Program-made: the position numbers and the translations under genes
Source: Escherichia phage vB_EcoM_KAW3E185
DNA length: 64,000 nucleotides
Strand: one strand, 5' to 3'
Sequence record: MK373782.1
Part shown: in pieces, positions 42,053 through 52,111 of the stretch
How positions within the stretch are numbered: the stretch's first letter is position 1
Layout of the letters: every line of letters begins with the position of its first letter
Notes under the pieces: generated by a model
What the model was told of the DNA's origin: nothing
The model's database searches: none
The model's input: the letters and a program-made list of their open reading frames with translations, nothing else

Positions 42053-43621
42053 ATGACTACTATCAAAACTAAAGCTCAGCTCGTAGACAAATGGAAAGAA
42101 CTGCTGGAAGGTGAAGGCCTGCCGGAAATCGCTAATAGCAAGCAGGCTATTATCGCTAAAATCTTCGAAAACCAGGAAAAAGATTTCGAAGTATCCCCTG
42201 AATATAAAGACGAGAAAATCGCTCAGGCATTTGGTTCTTTCTTGACCGAAGCTGAAATTGGTGGTGACCACGGTTATAATGCTCAGAACATCGCAGCAGG
42301 TCAAACCTCTGGTGCAGTAACCCAAATTGGGCCGGCAGTTATGGGTATGGTTCGTCGTGCTATTCCTAATCTGATCGCTTTTGATATTTGTGGTGTTCAG
42401 CCTATGAACAGCCCGACCGGTCAGGTATTTGCTCTCCGTGCAGTATATGGTAAAGACCCTATCGCTGCTGGCGCTAAAGAAGCTTTCCATCCGATGTATG
42501 CTCCAGATGCGATGTTCTCTGGTCAGGGTGCTGCTAAGAAATTCCCAGCTCTGGCTGCTGACACTACTACTGTTGTAGGTGATATCTATACTCACTTCTT
42601 CCAAGAAACTGGTACCGTATATCTGCAAGCTTCTGCTATCGTAACACTTGATTCTAGTGCAACTGATGCAGCTAAATTAGATGCAGAAGTTAAGAAACAA
42701 ATGGAAGCTGGTGCACTGGTAGAAATCGCTGAAGGTATGGCTACTTCTATCGCTGAACTCCAGGAAGGTTTCAACGGTTCTACCGATAACCCATGGAATG
42801 AAATGGGCTTCCGTATCGATAAACAAGTTATCGAAGCTAAATCTCGCCAGCTGAAAGCTGCTTACTCTATCGAATTAGCACAAGACCTCCGTGCAGTACA
42901 CGGTATGGATGCTGATGCTGAACTGAGCGGTATTCTGGCTACAGAAATTATGCTAGAAATCAACCGTGAAGTTGTTGATTGGATTAACTACTCTGCACAG
43001 GTTGGTAAATCTGGTATGACCCTGACTCCGGGTTCTAAAGCTGGTGTATTTGACTTCCAGGACCCGATTGATATCCGTGGTGCTCGTTGGGCCGGTGAAA
43101 GCTTTAAATCTCTGTTGTTCCAGATTGATAAAGAAGCAGTTGAAATTGCTCGTCAAACCGGTCGTGGTGAAGGTAACTTCATTATCGCTTCCCGTAACGT
43201 AGTTAACGTACTGGCTTCAGTTGATACTGGTATTTCTTACGCTGCACAGGGTCTGGCTTCTGGTTTTAATACCGACACTACTAAGTCTGTATTTGCCGGT
43301 GTACTTGGTGGTAAATACCGCGTATACATCGACCAGTATGCTAAACAGGATTACTTCACCGTTGGTTACAAAGGCGCTAACGAAATGGATGCAGGTATTT
43401 ACTATGCTCCTTACGTTGCACTTACCCCACTGCGTGGTTCCGATCCTAAGAACTTCCAGCCGGTAATGGGCTTTAAAACTCGTTACGGTATCGGTGTTAA
43501 CCCGTTTGCTGAAAGTTCCCTGCAGGCTCCAGGCGCTCGCATCCAGTCCGGTATGCCGTCTATCCTGAACAGCCTTGGTAAGAACGCTTACTTTAGACGC
43601 GTCTACGTTAAAGGAATTTAA
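42053..43621 (+). CDS. 23: gp23 major capsid protein
   Basis: 522 aa; T4 order. Confidence 0.97.
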   Translation: MTTIKTKAQLVDKWKELLEGEGLPEIANSKQAIIAKIFENQEKDFEVSPEYKDEKIAQAFGSFLTEAEIGGDHGYNAQNIAAGQTSGAVTQIGPAVMGMVRRAIPNLIAFDICGVQPMNSPTGQVFALRAVYGKDPIAAGAKEAFHPMYAPDAMFSGQGAAKKFPALAADTTTVVGDIYTHFFQETGTVYLQASAIVTLDSSATDAAKLDAEVKKQMEAGALVEIAEGMATSIAELQEGFNGSTDNPWNEMGFRIDKQVIEAKSRQLKAAYSIELAQDLRAVHGMDADAELSGILATEIMLEINREVVDWINYSAQVGKSGMTLTPGSKAGVFDFQDPIDIRGARWAGESFKSLLFQIDKEAVEIARQTGRGEGNFIIASRNVVNVLASVDTGISYAAQGLASGFNTDTTKSVFAGVLGGKYRVYIDQYAKQDYFTVGYKGANEMDAGIYYAPYVALTPLRGSDPKNFQPVMGFKTRYGIGVNPFAESSLQAPGARIQSGMPSILNSLGKNAYFRRVYVKGI

Positions 43622-43651
43622 TGCTTTAACGTTAAAAATACATAACCTTAT

Positions 43652-43680
43652 GGGAGACTCCGGTCTCCCATTCTTGTTTC
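43652..43680. terminator. Terminator after gene 23 (possibly bidirectional)
   Basis: GGGAGAC-TCCG-GTCTCCC followed by a T-rich tail. Confidence 0.65.
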
Positions 43681-44339
43681 TATAGCTTAAAACAATCATC
43701 GCGTTCATTAATCCAATTTCTTATAGTTTTTGCGGATACGTTAAAGAATTCGGCAGCGTAATCGTAGTGGTTAAATTCATGACCTTTAATAGAAATATCC
43801 ACAAATACAAATTTCTTACCTTTATTAGAATTCTTTCTAATTTTTGCTTTATGCTCTTCTGATAGTTTTCTACCTTTAAGATGAGAATCTCTATTTTTAT
43901 AAAACTTTTTATTTGCTATAGATTTGTTTTCTCGATGTTCTTTAGATTCTTTAGAACCTAATTTCTTTTTAGATATTTTGGCCCGAACTTCTTCAGTCAT
44001 ACCAGCTTTTGTCTTTTCGGATAACATCTCACGATACCCAGGTTCCTGTAAAGCTACTATAACAGGATTACCCTTGCCGCCTAAGGCTGCATTATAAGTA
44101 TCTGTTCTCATGACAAAAGCCTCGTCAACTAGTTCGGCTTCCTTAGCATACATCTCTTCAGATGTTTCGAAATTGAAAAGGATTTCCTTTTTAAAATTCT
44201 CTAAGCCGTATTTCTTTATGGATTTTACTATGTTAACCCCGGAACCCATATAAGAATCGTTAACATCTGTAGTGGCATGGGCTCCAACATAAATCTTGTT
44301 ATTAATGAGATTGGTTATTTTGTAAATTAAATAATTCAT
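43680..44339 (-). CDS. GIY-YIG homing endonuclease (seg-like), opposite strand to flanking late genes
   Basis: 219 aa; N-terminal YKITNLINNKIYVGA...YMGSGVN GIY-YIG module; T4 segD occupies the same gene 23 / gene 24 gap. Confidence 0.85.
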   Translation of the reverse strand: MNYLIYKITNLINNKIYVGAHATTDVNDSYMGSGVNIVKSIKKYGLENFKKEILFNFETSEEMYAKEAELVDEAFVMRTDTYNAALGGKGNPVIVALQEPGYREMLSEKTKAGMTEEVRAKISKKKLGSKESKEHRENKSIANKKFYKNRDSHLKGRKLSEEHKAKIRKNSNKGKKFVFVDISIKGHEFNHYDYAAEFFNVSAKTIRNWINERDDCFKL

Positions 44340-44342
44340 ATT

Positions 44343-44609
44343 TTACGCTGCTTTGACACGACGGTTGATGATATCACGGAAGTCAATACGATTTTCTTGG
44401 ATTTTCAGCCAGTTACCAGATTTGTCTTTGGTATGGGTAGAATATTCACCGTTCCACCAGAAGTCAGTTTCATAAGCCAGGGCTTCGTATTTCTTAACCA
44501 ATGCATTAACTGCATTACCGTTAGGATTGGTGCCAAATTTTTCTACCAGAGCTTTGATGTCTTTGTCAAGGTTAGAAAGTGTGGTACGGATAAAGTTTAA
44601 TTTGTTCAT
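44343..44609 (-). CDS. Hypothetical 88-aa protein
   Basis: Internal ATG MNKLNF has GAGGAGA Shine-Dalgarno; PeSL cassette upstream. Confidence 0.5.
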   Translation of the reverse strand: MNKLNFIRTTLSNLDKDIKALVEKFGTNPNGNAVNALVKKYEALAYETDFWWNGEYSTHTKDKSGNWLKIQENRIDFRDIINRRVKAA

Positions 44610-44625
44610 TTTTAATCTCCTCATG

Positions 44626-44690
44626 TTTTGATAGGTCTATATTAACACGACGCTTTTTGCGTGTAAACCACTTTTATAAATAAAATTATA
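44626..44690 (-). promoter_or_regulatory. Early promoter with stem-loop (PeSL-like)
   Basis: GTTTACA, 17 bp, TAATATA; spacer inverted repeat ACACG...CGTGT. Confidence 0.5.
44675..44682 (+). promoter_or_regulatory. Late promoter TATAAATA (gene 24)
   Basis: TATAAATA ~30 nt upstream of gene 24. Confidence 0.6.
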
Positions 44691-44712
44691 TTCTCAATAA
44701 GGAAAAAATGCA

Positions 44713-45996
44713 ATGAGTAAAATCCAAAAATTATTGCGTGAATCTACAACGTCTACTAGCAACTCAATTGGTCGCCCAAATCTCGTTGCTTTGACTCGCG
44801 CTACGACTAAATTAATATATTCTGACATTGTAGCAACACAAAGAACTAATCAACCTGTTGCTGCTTTTTATGGTATCAAATATCTTAACCCAGATAACGA
44901 ATTCACATTTAAAACTGGTGCTACTTATGCTGGCGAAGTTGGATATGTAGACCGAGAAAAAATTACTGAACTCACAGAAGAATCAAAAGTCACACTAAAT
45001 AAAGGCGATTTTTTCAAATATAATAATATCGTCTATAAAGTGTTAGAAGATACACCATTTGCAGATATTCAAGAAAGTGATCTAGAATTAGCTCTTCAGA
45101 TTGCAGTCGTTCATTTAAAGGTACGGTTATTTTCAGATGCAGCGGTAACAAGCAAATTTGAAAGCTCTGATAGCGAAATTTCTGATGCAAGATTCCAGAT
45201 TAATAAATGGCAAACTTCAGTCAAATCTCGTAAACTTAAAACTGGCCTCACGGTTGAATTAGCGCAAGATTTGGAAGCGAATGGATTTGATGCCCCTAAC
45301 TTCTTAGAAGATTTGCTTGCTACTGAAATGGCTGATGAAATTAATAAAGATATTCTTCAGTCTTTAATTACTGTATCGAAACGTTATAAAGTTACTGGAA
45401 TTACTGACACCGGATTTATTGACTTGAGCTATGCATCCGCTCCAGAAGCAGGTCGTTCATTATATCGAATGGTGTGTGAAATGGTATCACACATTCAAAA
45501 AGAGACAACTTATACTGCAACGTTTTGTGTAGCCTCAGCTCGTGCAGCTGCTATTCTTGCTGCTTCTGGTTGGTTAAAACATAAGCCAGAAGATGACAAG
45601 TATCTTTCACAAAATGCTTATGGATTCTTGGCAAATGGATTACCTCTTTACTGCGATACCAACAGTCCGTTAGATTATGTTATTGTGGGTGTTGTAGAAA
45701 ATATCGGCGAAAAAGAAATTGTAGGGTCCATCTTTTATGCTCCATACACTGAAGGAGTAGATTTAGATGACCCGGAACATGTCGGTGCTTTTAAAGTTGT
45801 AGTTGATCCAGAAAGCTTGCAACCGTCTATCGGATTATTGGTTAGATATGCTTTATCAGCAAATCCTTACACAGTAGCAAAAGACGAAAAAGAAGCGAGA
45901 ATAATTGATGGCGGGGACATGGATAAAATGGCAGGACGTTCAGACTTGTCTGTTTTATTAGGTGTTAAGCTACCAAAAATTATCATTGATGAATAA
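44713..45996 (+). CDS. 24: gp24 capsid vertex protein
   Basis: 427 aa, same as T4 gp24. Confidence 0.95.
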   Translation: MSKIQKLLRESTTSTSNSIGRPNLVALTRATTKLIYSDIVATQRTNQPVAAFYGIKYLNPDNEFTFKTGATYAGEVGYVDREKITELTEESKVTLNKGDFFKYNNIVYKVLEDTPFADIQESDLELALQIAVVHLKVRLFSDAAVTSKFESSDSEISDARFQINKWQTSVKSRKLKTGLTVELAQDLEANGFDAPNFLEDLLATEMADEINKDILQSLITVSKRYKVTGITDTGFIDLSYASAPEAGRSLYRMVCEMVSHIQKETTYTATFCVASARAAAILAASGWLKHKPEDDKYLSQNAYGFLANGLPLYCDTNSPLDYVIVGVVENIGEKEIVGSIFYAPYTEGVDLDDPEHVGAFKVVVDPESLQPSIGLLVRYALSANPYTVAKDEKEARIIDGGDMDKMAGRSDLSVLLGVKLPKIIIDE

Positions 45997-46002
45997 AACA
46001 AA

Positions 46003-46024
46003 GGGACCGTAAGGTCCCTTTTTC
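46003..46024. terminator. Bidirectional terminator between gene 24 and rnlB
   Basis: GGGACC-GTAA-GGTCCC followed by TTTTTC. Confidence 0.7.
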
Positions 46025-46025
46025 A

Positions 46026-47024
46026 TTATGATACTAATTCAATCCATGCAGGACGCAGAACATCTTGCACCATTCGGACTAATTCTTTCTTAACAAGATT
46101 CGGATTATCAGATGATGTTAATACAATACCTTCGCGAGAAGTTTCTTCCAGAATATCTTGAACAGTCAATCCCATCACTTTACCAAAATCTTTTGGCGTT
46201 ACAGCACCAATCTTAGAAATAACATTATTAACACGATTTAATGTAACATAACAAGCTAGAACATCAAGCAAGTTTTTGTCAATTTCGGTTAATGGAACCT
46301 GAGTTTTAATAGGCTTATCAGACTTTTTCTTTTCACTGAATTTAGAGTTCTTGCACTTAATAGCTACACGAGTACCGTTTGGCAGCCATTTAGGGAAACA
46401 AGGCTTCAGAACATAACCTTCTGCCGTATTATCACCAATAACATTAGCATCAAATACACAATTATTTGCTTCGACAAGGTCTTCTGACGCAGTAGCATTA
46501 TAAGCGGCTAAGACGGAATCAAGGTCATTTGGAATCATGATAAGAGAATCAAATGTTCCACGACCAAGCATTGGTGCCATTTTAAAACCGAATTCATTAC
46601 AGAAATCTTGCATTTCGTAATCGGTCAAATACGTATTATCACCACTTTCTGTATTGATAAGGATATCGAACACATAAAAATCTTTTTCACCGTAGTCAAC
46701 ACCTTTCTGGATTCCACCACCAGCGAATTCACCGAATACTTGATATGATACGGCTCGAGCTGTGTACATGAATTCCTGAGCGGCTTTAATAGCTTTATCA
46801 TACTTCTTGAGTACGATTTCATAACCATAAAAATCTTCTGCTGGAAGAATAGGGCCTGTGCGCTTGGCGCATGTGACGTTGTCACGTTCAATTATTAACG
46901 AGAAGTTAGTCCCATGGATTTTCTCACGTGCTACCCAAACACCAGTAGTCAAACCATTAGTGTAGAGTTTTTCAATAAACTTAGAGTTGTAGTGGTTTTC
47001 AAGACTGCTGTATTTCTTAAACAT
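46026..47024 (-). CDS. rnlB: RNA ligase 2
   Basis: 332 aa; nucleotidyltransferase motif I KIHGTN; position after gene 24. Confidence 0.9.
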   Translation of the reverse strand: MFKKYSSLENHYNSKFIEKLYTNGLTTGVWVAREKIHGTNFSLIIERDNVTCAKRTGPILPAEDFYGYEIVLKKYDKAIKAAQEFMYTARAVSYQVFGEFAGGGIQKGVDYGEKDFYVFDILINTESGDNTYLTDYEMQDFCNEFGFKMAPMLGRGTFDSLIMIPNDLDSVLAAYNATASEDLVEANNCVFDANVIGDNTAEGYVLKPCFPKWLPNGTRVAIKCKNSKFSEKKKSDKPIKTQVPLTEIDKNLLDVLACYVTLNRVNNVISKIGAVTPKDFGKVMGLTVQDILEETSREGIVLTSSDNPNLVKKELVRMVQDVLRPAWIELVS

Positions 47025-47061
47025 AAATCACCATTATAAATAATAATATCAAAATAATTAG

Positions 47062-47078
47062 CAGAGACTCTGTCTCTG
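47062..47078 (-). terminator. Terminator hairpin
   Basis: CAGAGAC-TCT-GTCTCTG followed on the minus strand by a T-rich tract. Confidence 0.5.
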
Positions 47079-47143
47079 ACCGGATGTTTAATTTGAATAG
47101 ATAGAACCTAGATTCATTATACCATCAAAAATTGTAAAGCATA

Positions 47144-47395
47144 TTAGAACTTGATTTCTATCCAATGACCATCACGCTGGTCGTGATTAATTTTGTACTG
47201 AAAGCCGTTATCACGAAGCCATTGACCGACTTGTTCAGTTATAGTTAAATCGTTCTTTGACGGGTAGTACGTGAATTGTGTCTGGCCTTTGTCAGCGGCT
47301 TTCTCTGCCATCACAGAGAAGTTAGTAATAAAATCACTCAACAAATTAGCTTTAGTGGCCAGTGCCCTTTCTCTTAATTCCTGTGCAAAACTCAT
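47144..47395 (-). CDS. Hypothetical protein (24.2-like by position)
   Basis: 83 aa ORF; start overlaps upstream stop. Confidence 0.55.
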   Translation of the reverse strand: MSFAQELRERALATKANLLSDFITNFSVMAEKAADKGQTQFTYYPSKNDLTITEQVGQWLRDNGFQYKINHDQRDGHWIEIKF

Positions 47396-47592
47396 TTCTT
47401 CACCTTTTTGTTAATCAAACGTTTACGGTATACAACTTTTTCTTTTGCTTTAAACTTTGACCGAGCTGTCTCGGCTTTAGTCCATAGTAATCCAACTTCT
47501 TTAGGTTGTAAACCAATTTTTTGAGCAATTTCTACGAATGAAAATCCCGCCTCATGTAATGTATAAACTTCAACTTCAGCTCTCATAATCAA
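47392..47592 (-). CDS. Hypothetical protein with possible helix-turn-helix (24.3-like by position)
   Basis: 66 aa; FVEIAQKIGLQPKEVGLLW. Confidence 0.5.
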   Translation of the reverse strand: MIMRAEVEVYTLHEAGFSFVEIAQKIGLQPKEVGLLWTKAETARSKFKAKEKVVYRKRLINKKVKK

Positions 47593-47667
47593 TCCCGTAT
47601 TATTTGGTTTGTGCCATTATATACATCAATCTCAAGTTGTGTTTTGTATGCTTTAAAAACGAAGAAA

Positions 47668-47681
47668 GGGGCCGAAGCCCC
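47668..47681 (-). terminator. Terminator after hoc
   Basis: Minus strand GGGGC-TTCG-GCCCC followed by TTTCTTCGTTTTT. Confidence 0.65.
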
Positions 47682-47687
47682 TTACGA

Positions 47688-48818
47688 TTATGGATATGTA
47701 TAGATGATACCAGTTTCCAAAGCAGTTTTATGGATGATGTATCCATTACGTGATTCTTGAACATCAACTTCCGGATAGTCTTTCATCATCTTCTGAAGAG
47801 TGTAACGATGCAGGTAGTATTTACTATCTGGATCTTCAGTTTTCCAATCTTTACCTTCTTCAGTCATTTTTTGGATTTCATCCATAACCCACCATCCGCA
47901 CCAGATGTAAGCTGAAGTACGATGTGGAAGAGGATGAACATAAGGTAGTTCACCTTCTGGTTCTGGAGCAACTTTATCGGTTACCTGAACTTGACCTTCT
48001 GCTGTAATAGTTTTGCTATCGTAATCAGTTGCAGTAATAGTTGCAGTAACTTCAATAGTTTGACTTCCAATAGATGAGGTATCAACGGTATATACATTAG
48101 TTGACCCTTCTACAGGAGAAGAATCTTTCTTCCATGAATACGCAATTTGCGCTTCTTCTGGAGCATCCGTAACATTAGCCGTAAATATAGCTGAAGCATC
48201 TTGCTGAACGTTAATAGAAGGAGGAGTCAATGTAACCTGTGGATTCATTGTCTTCTTATTAACCGTTAATGATACTTCATTCGAAGTAACGCTTAGTGCA
48301 TCATAATCTGTCGCTGTTACTTGAGCTACACACTTGATTTTTTTAACTCCGCTTGTAGTTGGAGTATAGCTAAATGTAGAGTTAGTTTCTCCACCAACCT
48401 GTGAATCATCTACATACCACTGATACGTAGCAGACGCTCCAGCTGGTTGAGAAGCTAAGGCAGCAGTAAATTGAACTGGGGTTCCAATTACTCCAGCTGA
48501 AGGACTATTGGGAGTTACTGCCAACGTAGTTGACTGAGTTTTATTTTTAACCGTGATAGTCGTAGTAATTTCTGCTGTTTCAGCATCAGTATCAGGAATA
48601 GTATTTGTTGCAACAACTTTAATTGTTTTTGTTCCAGCAGGTCCTTTTAACACGTAATCAAAAGTTTCTGCCGATCCTACTTGAGGAGCATCGTCTACAC
48701 TCCATGCATAGGTAATAGTTCCACCTTCAGTTTGACCACTGGGTGCAGCAGTAAACTGCTTAGTCTCATCTATAACTCCAGTAGGTGTTTTAGGAGTTAT
48801 ATCAACTGTAAAAGCCAT
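47688..48818 (-). CDS. hoc: Highly immunogenic outer capsid protein
   Basis: 376 aa (same as T4 Hoc); repeated Ig-like domain sequence. Confidence 0.9.
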   Translation of the reverse strand: MAFTVDITPKTPTGVIDETKQFTAAPSGQTEGGTITYAWSVDDAPQVGSAETFDYVLKGPAGTKTIKVVATNTIPDTDAETAEITTTITVKNKTQSTTLAVTPNSPSAGVIGTPVQFTAALASQPAGASATYQWYVDDSQVGGETNSTFSYTPTTSGVKKIKCVAQVTATDYDALSVTSNEVSLTVNKKTMNPQVTLTPPSINVQQDASAIFTANVTDAPEEAQIAYSWKKDSSPVEGSTNVYTVDTSSIGSQTIEVTATITATDYDSKTITAEGQVQVTDKVAPEPEGELPYVHPLPHRTSAYIWCGWWVMDEIQKMTEEGKDWKTEDPDSKYYLHRYTLQKMMKDYPEVDVQESRNGYIIHKTALETGIIYTYP

Positions 48819-48827
48819 AAGCTATCC

Positions 48828-49496
48828 TTATTTTAATGTTACGAAAGAAGAATTACGAGTTTCACGAATTAGAACTGATCCATCGCGATTAATATAATAA
48901 ATTAAGCTAAATAATGTTTGGTGAGCAGAAGCATGCACAAAACTAGTTGGGCGAGATTTCCAATCTGGGGTTTCGGCTATCCATTGATAAATCCACCAAG
49001 GAACAGTAACATATCCTGGGGCTTTGCCTAATTTAATTAGTGTAGGACTAAAATTTTCAGGCAGAACAAATTTTACTTCTTTATTTACCTCTGTCTCAGG
49101 CTCTTTTTCAGATTCAACAACCTGAGTAATTGCTTCTTCGAATTTATCATGGTCGAATTCTTTTTCTTGTTCGACAACTTCTAATACTTCAACTTGTTCT
49201 GTTGGAGAATCAAACAACAGAATAGCTTCTTCTTTAACTTCTTCGTTGGTGAAATTAACACCGTCCACATCATCTGCGGCAGTAATTAAATCGGTGATAG
49301 ATAATCCATCGGTTTCAGGTAATGGTTCATCAGCCAGTGCGTTAAGAGCTTCTTCGATATCAATAACAATATTATCGAATGATTTTGTTTTCTTAACACT
49401 AATGCCAAATTGTTTCGCATATTCGAACAGTTTAGCTTTGGCTTCCTTTTTATCAGAAAGAGCACGTAACTCTTCAATATAGTCTTTATCGATCAT
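48828..49496 (-). CDS. inh: Inh, inhibitor of prohead protease
   Basis: 222 aa; acidic; position after hoc. Confidence 0.75.
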   Translation of the reverse strand: MIDKDYIEELRALSDKKEAKAKLFEYAKQFGISVKKTKSFDNIVIDIEEALNALADEPLPETDGLSITDLITAADDVDGVNFTNEEVKEEAILLFDSPTEQVEVLEVVEQEKEFDHDKFEEAITQVVESEKEPETEVNKEVKFVLPENFSPTLIKLGKAPGYVTVPWWIYQWIAETPDWKSRPTSFVHASAHQTLFSLIYYINRDGSVLIRETRNSSFVTLK

Positions 49497-49509
49497 GGTA
49501 TTTCCTCAT

Positions 49510-49517
49510 TATAAATA
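49510..49517 (+). promoter_or_regulatory. Late promoter TATAAATA upstream of seg-like gene
   Basis: CATTATAAATATAAC. Confidence 0.55.
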
Positions 49518-49545
49518 TAACTATATTTATTACATGGAAAAGAGT

Positions 49546-50277
49546 ATGTATCACTTTGTTTATGAAACCGTAAATTTAATCAATGGTAAAAAGTACATTG
49601 GCAAACATTCTACAGAAAATTTAAATGATTCGTATCTAGGGTCAGGTGTTGCCTTAAATCGCGCTATCAAAAAATACGGAGAAGAATCATTTAAACGTTC
49701 AATAATTAAACAATTTGAAACTTCCGCTGAAGCTTTAGAATACGAAGCTCAGTTAGTAACAGATGATTTGGTCAAATCTAACGAGTATTATAATATGCGC
49801 CAAGGCGGTGAAGGTGGAAGGTATAAGTACACCGAAGCTGATAAGACTAAAATGTCTAATAGTGCTAAAGAACGAATAAAGAGGCTTGGTCATAATCTTT
49901 TAGGAAAACACAGATCGGAAGAAACAAAAAGAAAACTATCTGAAACAAATAAACGTCGATACTCTGAAGACCCAACATGCCACGGGCGGTATGGTACAGG
50001 AAAGCCAAAGATTGATAAAATTAAAGGTCCTAAAAATCCTACAACTCTAAATAAAATTTGTGTTAACAACGGTAAAGAAAACAGATTTATATCAGCCGAG
50101 GACCCGATGCCTGAAGGATTTGTAAAAGGAATGGTCCAACTTAATAGAAAATCTAGAAAGGGCTGTGAAGTAAAACCTACGACCACCGGCAGAATATGGG
50201 TGAATAACGGGGCTATAAATAAATTAGTAAATCCGTTATCCATCCCAGATGGATATGTTAAAGGCCGTTTAAGGTAA
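49546..50277 (+). CDS. GIY-YIG homing endonuclease (segE-like by position)
   Basis: YHFVYETVNLINGKKYIGKH...YLGSGV GIY-YIG module; duplicated WVNNG...DGYVKG C-terminal DNA-binding repeats; start chosen at internal ATG. Confidence 0.85.
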   Translation: MYHFVYETVNLINGKKYIGKHSTENLNDSYLGSGVALNRAIKKYGEESFKRSIIKQFETSAEALEYEAQLVTDDLVKSNEYYNMRQGGEGGRYKYTEADKTKMSNSAKERIKRLGHNLLGKHRSEETKRKLSETNKRRYSEDPTCHGRYGTGKPKIDKIKGPKNPTTLNKICVNNGKENRFISAEDPMPEGFVKGMVQLNRKSRKGCEVKPTTTGRIWVNNGAINKLVNPLSIPDGYVKGRLR

Positions 50278-50282
50278 TTATT

Positions 50283-51797
50283 ATGACAGATATTAAAGTA
50301 CATTTTCACGATTTTAGCCATGTAAGAATTGAATGCGACGAAAGCGTGTTCTATGAATTACGCGACTTTTTTAGCTTTGAAGCCGATGGGTACAAATTCA
50401 ACCCGCGTTACAAATATGGGAACTGGGATGGTAGAATTAGACTTTTAGATTACAATCGTTTGTTACCATATGGACTTGTAGGTCAAATAAAAAAGTTCTG
50501 TAACAATATGAGTTATTCTGTATGGATTGACCCTAAAATCTTTGAGACTGAAGACCTTACCAGGGAAGATTTTGACGCATGGCTTTCTAAACAAGAAATT
50601 TATTCAGGCAACTCCAAAATCGAACCACATTGGTATCAAAAAGATGCAGTATATGAAGGACTAGTTAATCGTCGTCGAATTTTAAACCTTCCGACATCAG
50701 CAGGTAAATCACTAATCCAAGCACTTTTAGCTCGATATTATCTAGAGAACTATGAAGGTAAAATTCTCATTATCGTCCCTACAACAGCATTGACAACTCA
50801 GATGGCTAATGATTTTGTTGATTATCGCTTGTTTAGTCATTCGATGATTAAGAAAATTGGCGGTGGTGCTGATAAAGCAGACAAATCTAAAAACGACGCT
50901 CCAATTATTGTTGGCACATGGCAAACGGTAGTTAAGCAGCCTAAAGAATGGTTCTCTCAGTTCGGTATGATGATGAACGATGAATGCCACTTAGCAACAG
51001 GCAAAAGTATTTCTTCAATCATCTCAGGATTAAATAATTGCATGTTTAAATTCGGTTTATCCGGCTCATTAAGAGACGGAAAAGCCAATGTAATGCAGTA
51101 TGTAGGCATGTTCGGCGAAATCTTCCGTCCTGTTAGCACGTCTAAATTAATGGAAGACGGACAGGTAACTGAGCTTAAGATTAATAGTATTTTCCTTCGT
51201 TATCCAGACGAATTCGCCACCAAATTAAAAGGTAAAACATATCAAGAAGAAGTTAAAATTATTACCGGACTAAAACGTCGTACAAAGTGGATTGCTCAAC
51301 TTTCAGTAAAATTGGCTAAGAAAGACGAGAACGCCTTTGTAATGTTTAAACACGTTACACACGGTAAAGAAATATTTGAAGCTATTAAAGAGCTTGGATA
51401 CGAAAAAGTTTATTACGTATCAGGTGAAGTTGATACTGAAACACGTAACGCGCTTAAAGTCATGGCAGAAAATGGTAAAGGCATTATTATTGTTGCATCA
51501 TATGGAGTATTCTCTACTGGTATTTCAGTCAAGAATCTTCATCATGTTATTTTTGCCCATGGTGTTAAATCAAAAATTATCGTACTTCAAACCGTAGGTC
51601 GTGTGCTTCGTAAGCACGGTTCTAAAGCTGTTGCTACAGTTTGGGATCTCATAGATGACGCAGGTGTAAAACCTAAATCATTAAATACTAAAAAGAAGTA
51701 TACTCATCTTAATTACTTGTTAAAACACGGTATTGATCGTATCCAACGTTACGCTGATGAGAAATTTAACTATGTAATGAAAACAATTAATTTATAA
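50283..51797 (+). CDS. uvsW: UvsW helicase
   Basis: 504 aa; Walker A LPTSAGKS; DECH box. Confidence 0.95.
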   Translation: MTDIKVHFHDFSHVRIECDESVFYELRDFFSFEADGYKFNPRYKYGNWDGRIRLLDYNRLLPYGLVGQIKKFCNNMSYSVWIDPKIFETEDLTREDFDAWLSKQEIYSGNSKIEPHWYQKDAVYEGLVNRRRILNLPTSAGKSLIQALLARYYLENYEGKILIIVPTTALTTQMANDFVDYRLFSHSMIKKIGGGADKADKSKNDAPIIVGTWQTVVKQPKEWFSQFGMMMNDECHLATGKSISSIISGLNNCMFKFGLSGSLRDGKANVMQYVGMFGEIFRPVSTSKLMEDGQVTELKINSIFLRYPDEFATKLKGKTYQEEVKIITGLKRRTKWIAQLSVKLAKKDENAFVMFKHVTHGKEIFEAIKELGYEKVYYVSGEVDTETRNALKVMAENGKGIIIVASYGVFSTGISVKNLHHVIFAHGVKSKIIVLQTVGRVLRKHGSKAVATVWDLIDDAGVKPKSLNTKKKYTHLNYLLKHGIDRIQRYADEKFNYVMKTINL

Positions 51798-51822
51798 GGG
51801 CTTCGGCCCTTAGGAGATAAAA

Positions 51823-52053
51823 ATGGTACTTGAATTTAAACAATTTTTATACGAAGCATCTATTGACGAATTCATGGGTAAAATTGCTAGTTGTCATACC
51901 TTAGAAGGGCTTGAAGAATTGGAAGCTTATTATAAGAAACGTATAAAAGAAACGGAATTAAAAGATACAGATGATATTTCTGTCAGGGATGCCTTAGCAG
52001 GTAAGCGTGCCGAACTTGAAGGCGATGATGAGGATGTGGAAGAAGACTTCTAA
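51823..52053 (+). CDS. uvsW.1: UvsW.1
   Basis: 76 aa, same as T4 UvsW.1; hairpin plus Shine-Dalgarno in the gap. Confidence 0.85.
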   Translation: MVLEFKQFLYEASIDEFMGKIASCHTLEGLEELEAYYKKRIKETELKDTDDISVRDALAGKRAELEGDDEDVEEDF

Positions 52054-52059
52054 TTAAAA

Positions 52060-52092
52060 AAAGGCCCGACCTTTTTGGAAGGGCCAAAAACC
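52060..52092. terminator. Candidate bidirectional terminator
   Basis: A-run, GGCCC...GGGCC inverted repeat, then A/T-run, between convergent genes. Confidence 0.4.
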
Positions 52093-52111
52093 ATAGGCAA
52101 AAAAGGTAACA

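Noticed and set aside
40745-43708. Minus-strand ORFs 40745..41230, 41384..41728, 42044..42628 and 43217..43708
   Set aside because: Antisense to gp21, gp22 and gp23, which are strongly supported; Ser/Ala-rich shadow translations.
47035-47042. TATAAATA on the plus strand 11 nt from the rnlB start
   Set aside because: No plus-strand gene downstream; the sequence overlaps the minus-strand rnlB ribosome-binding region, so the match is probably coincidental in AT-rich DNA.
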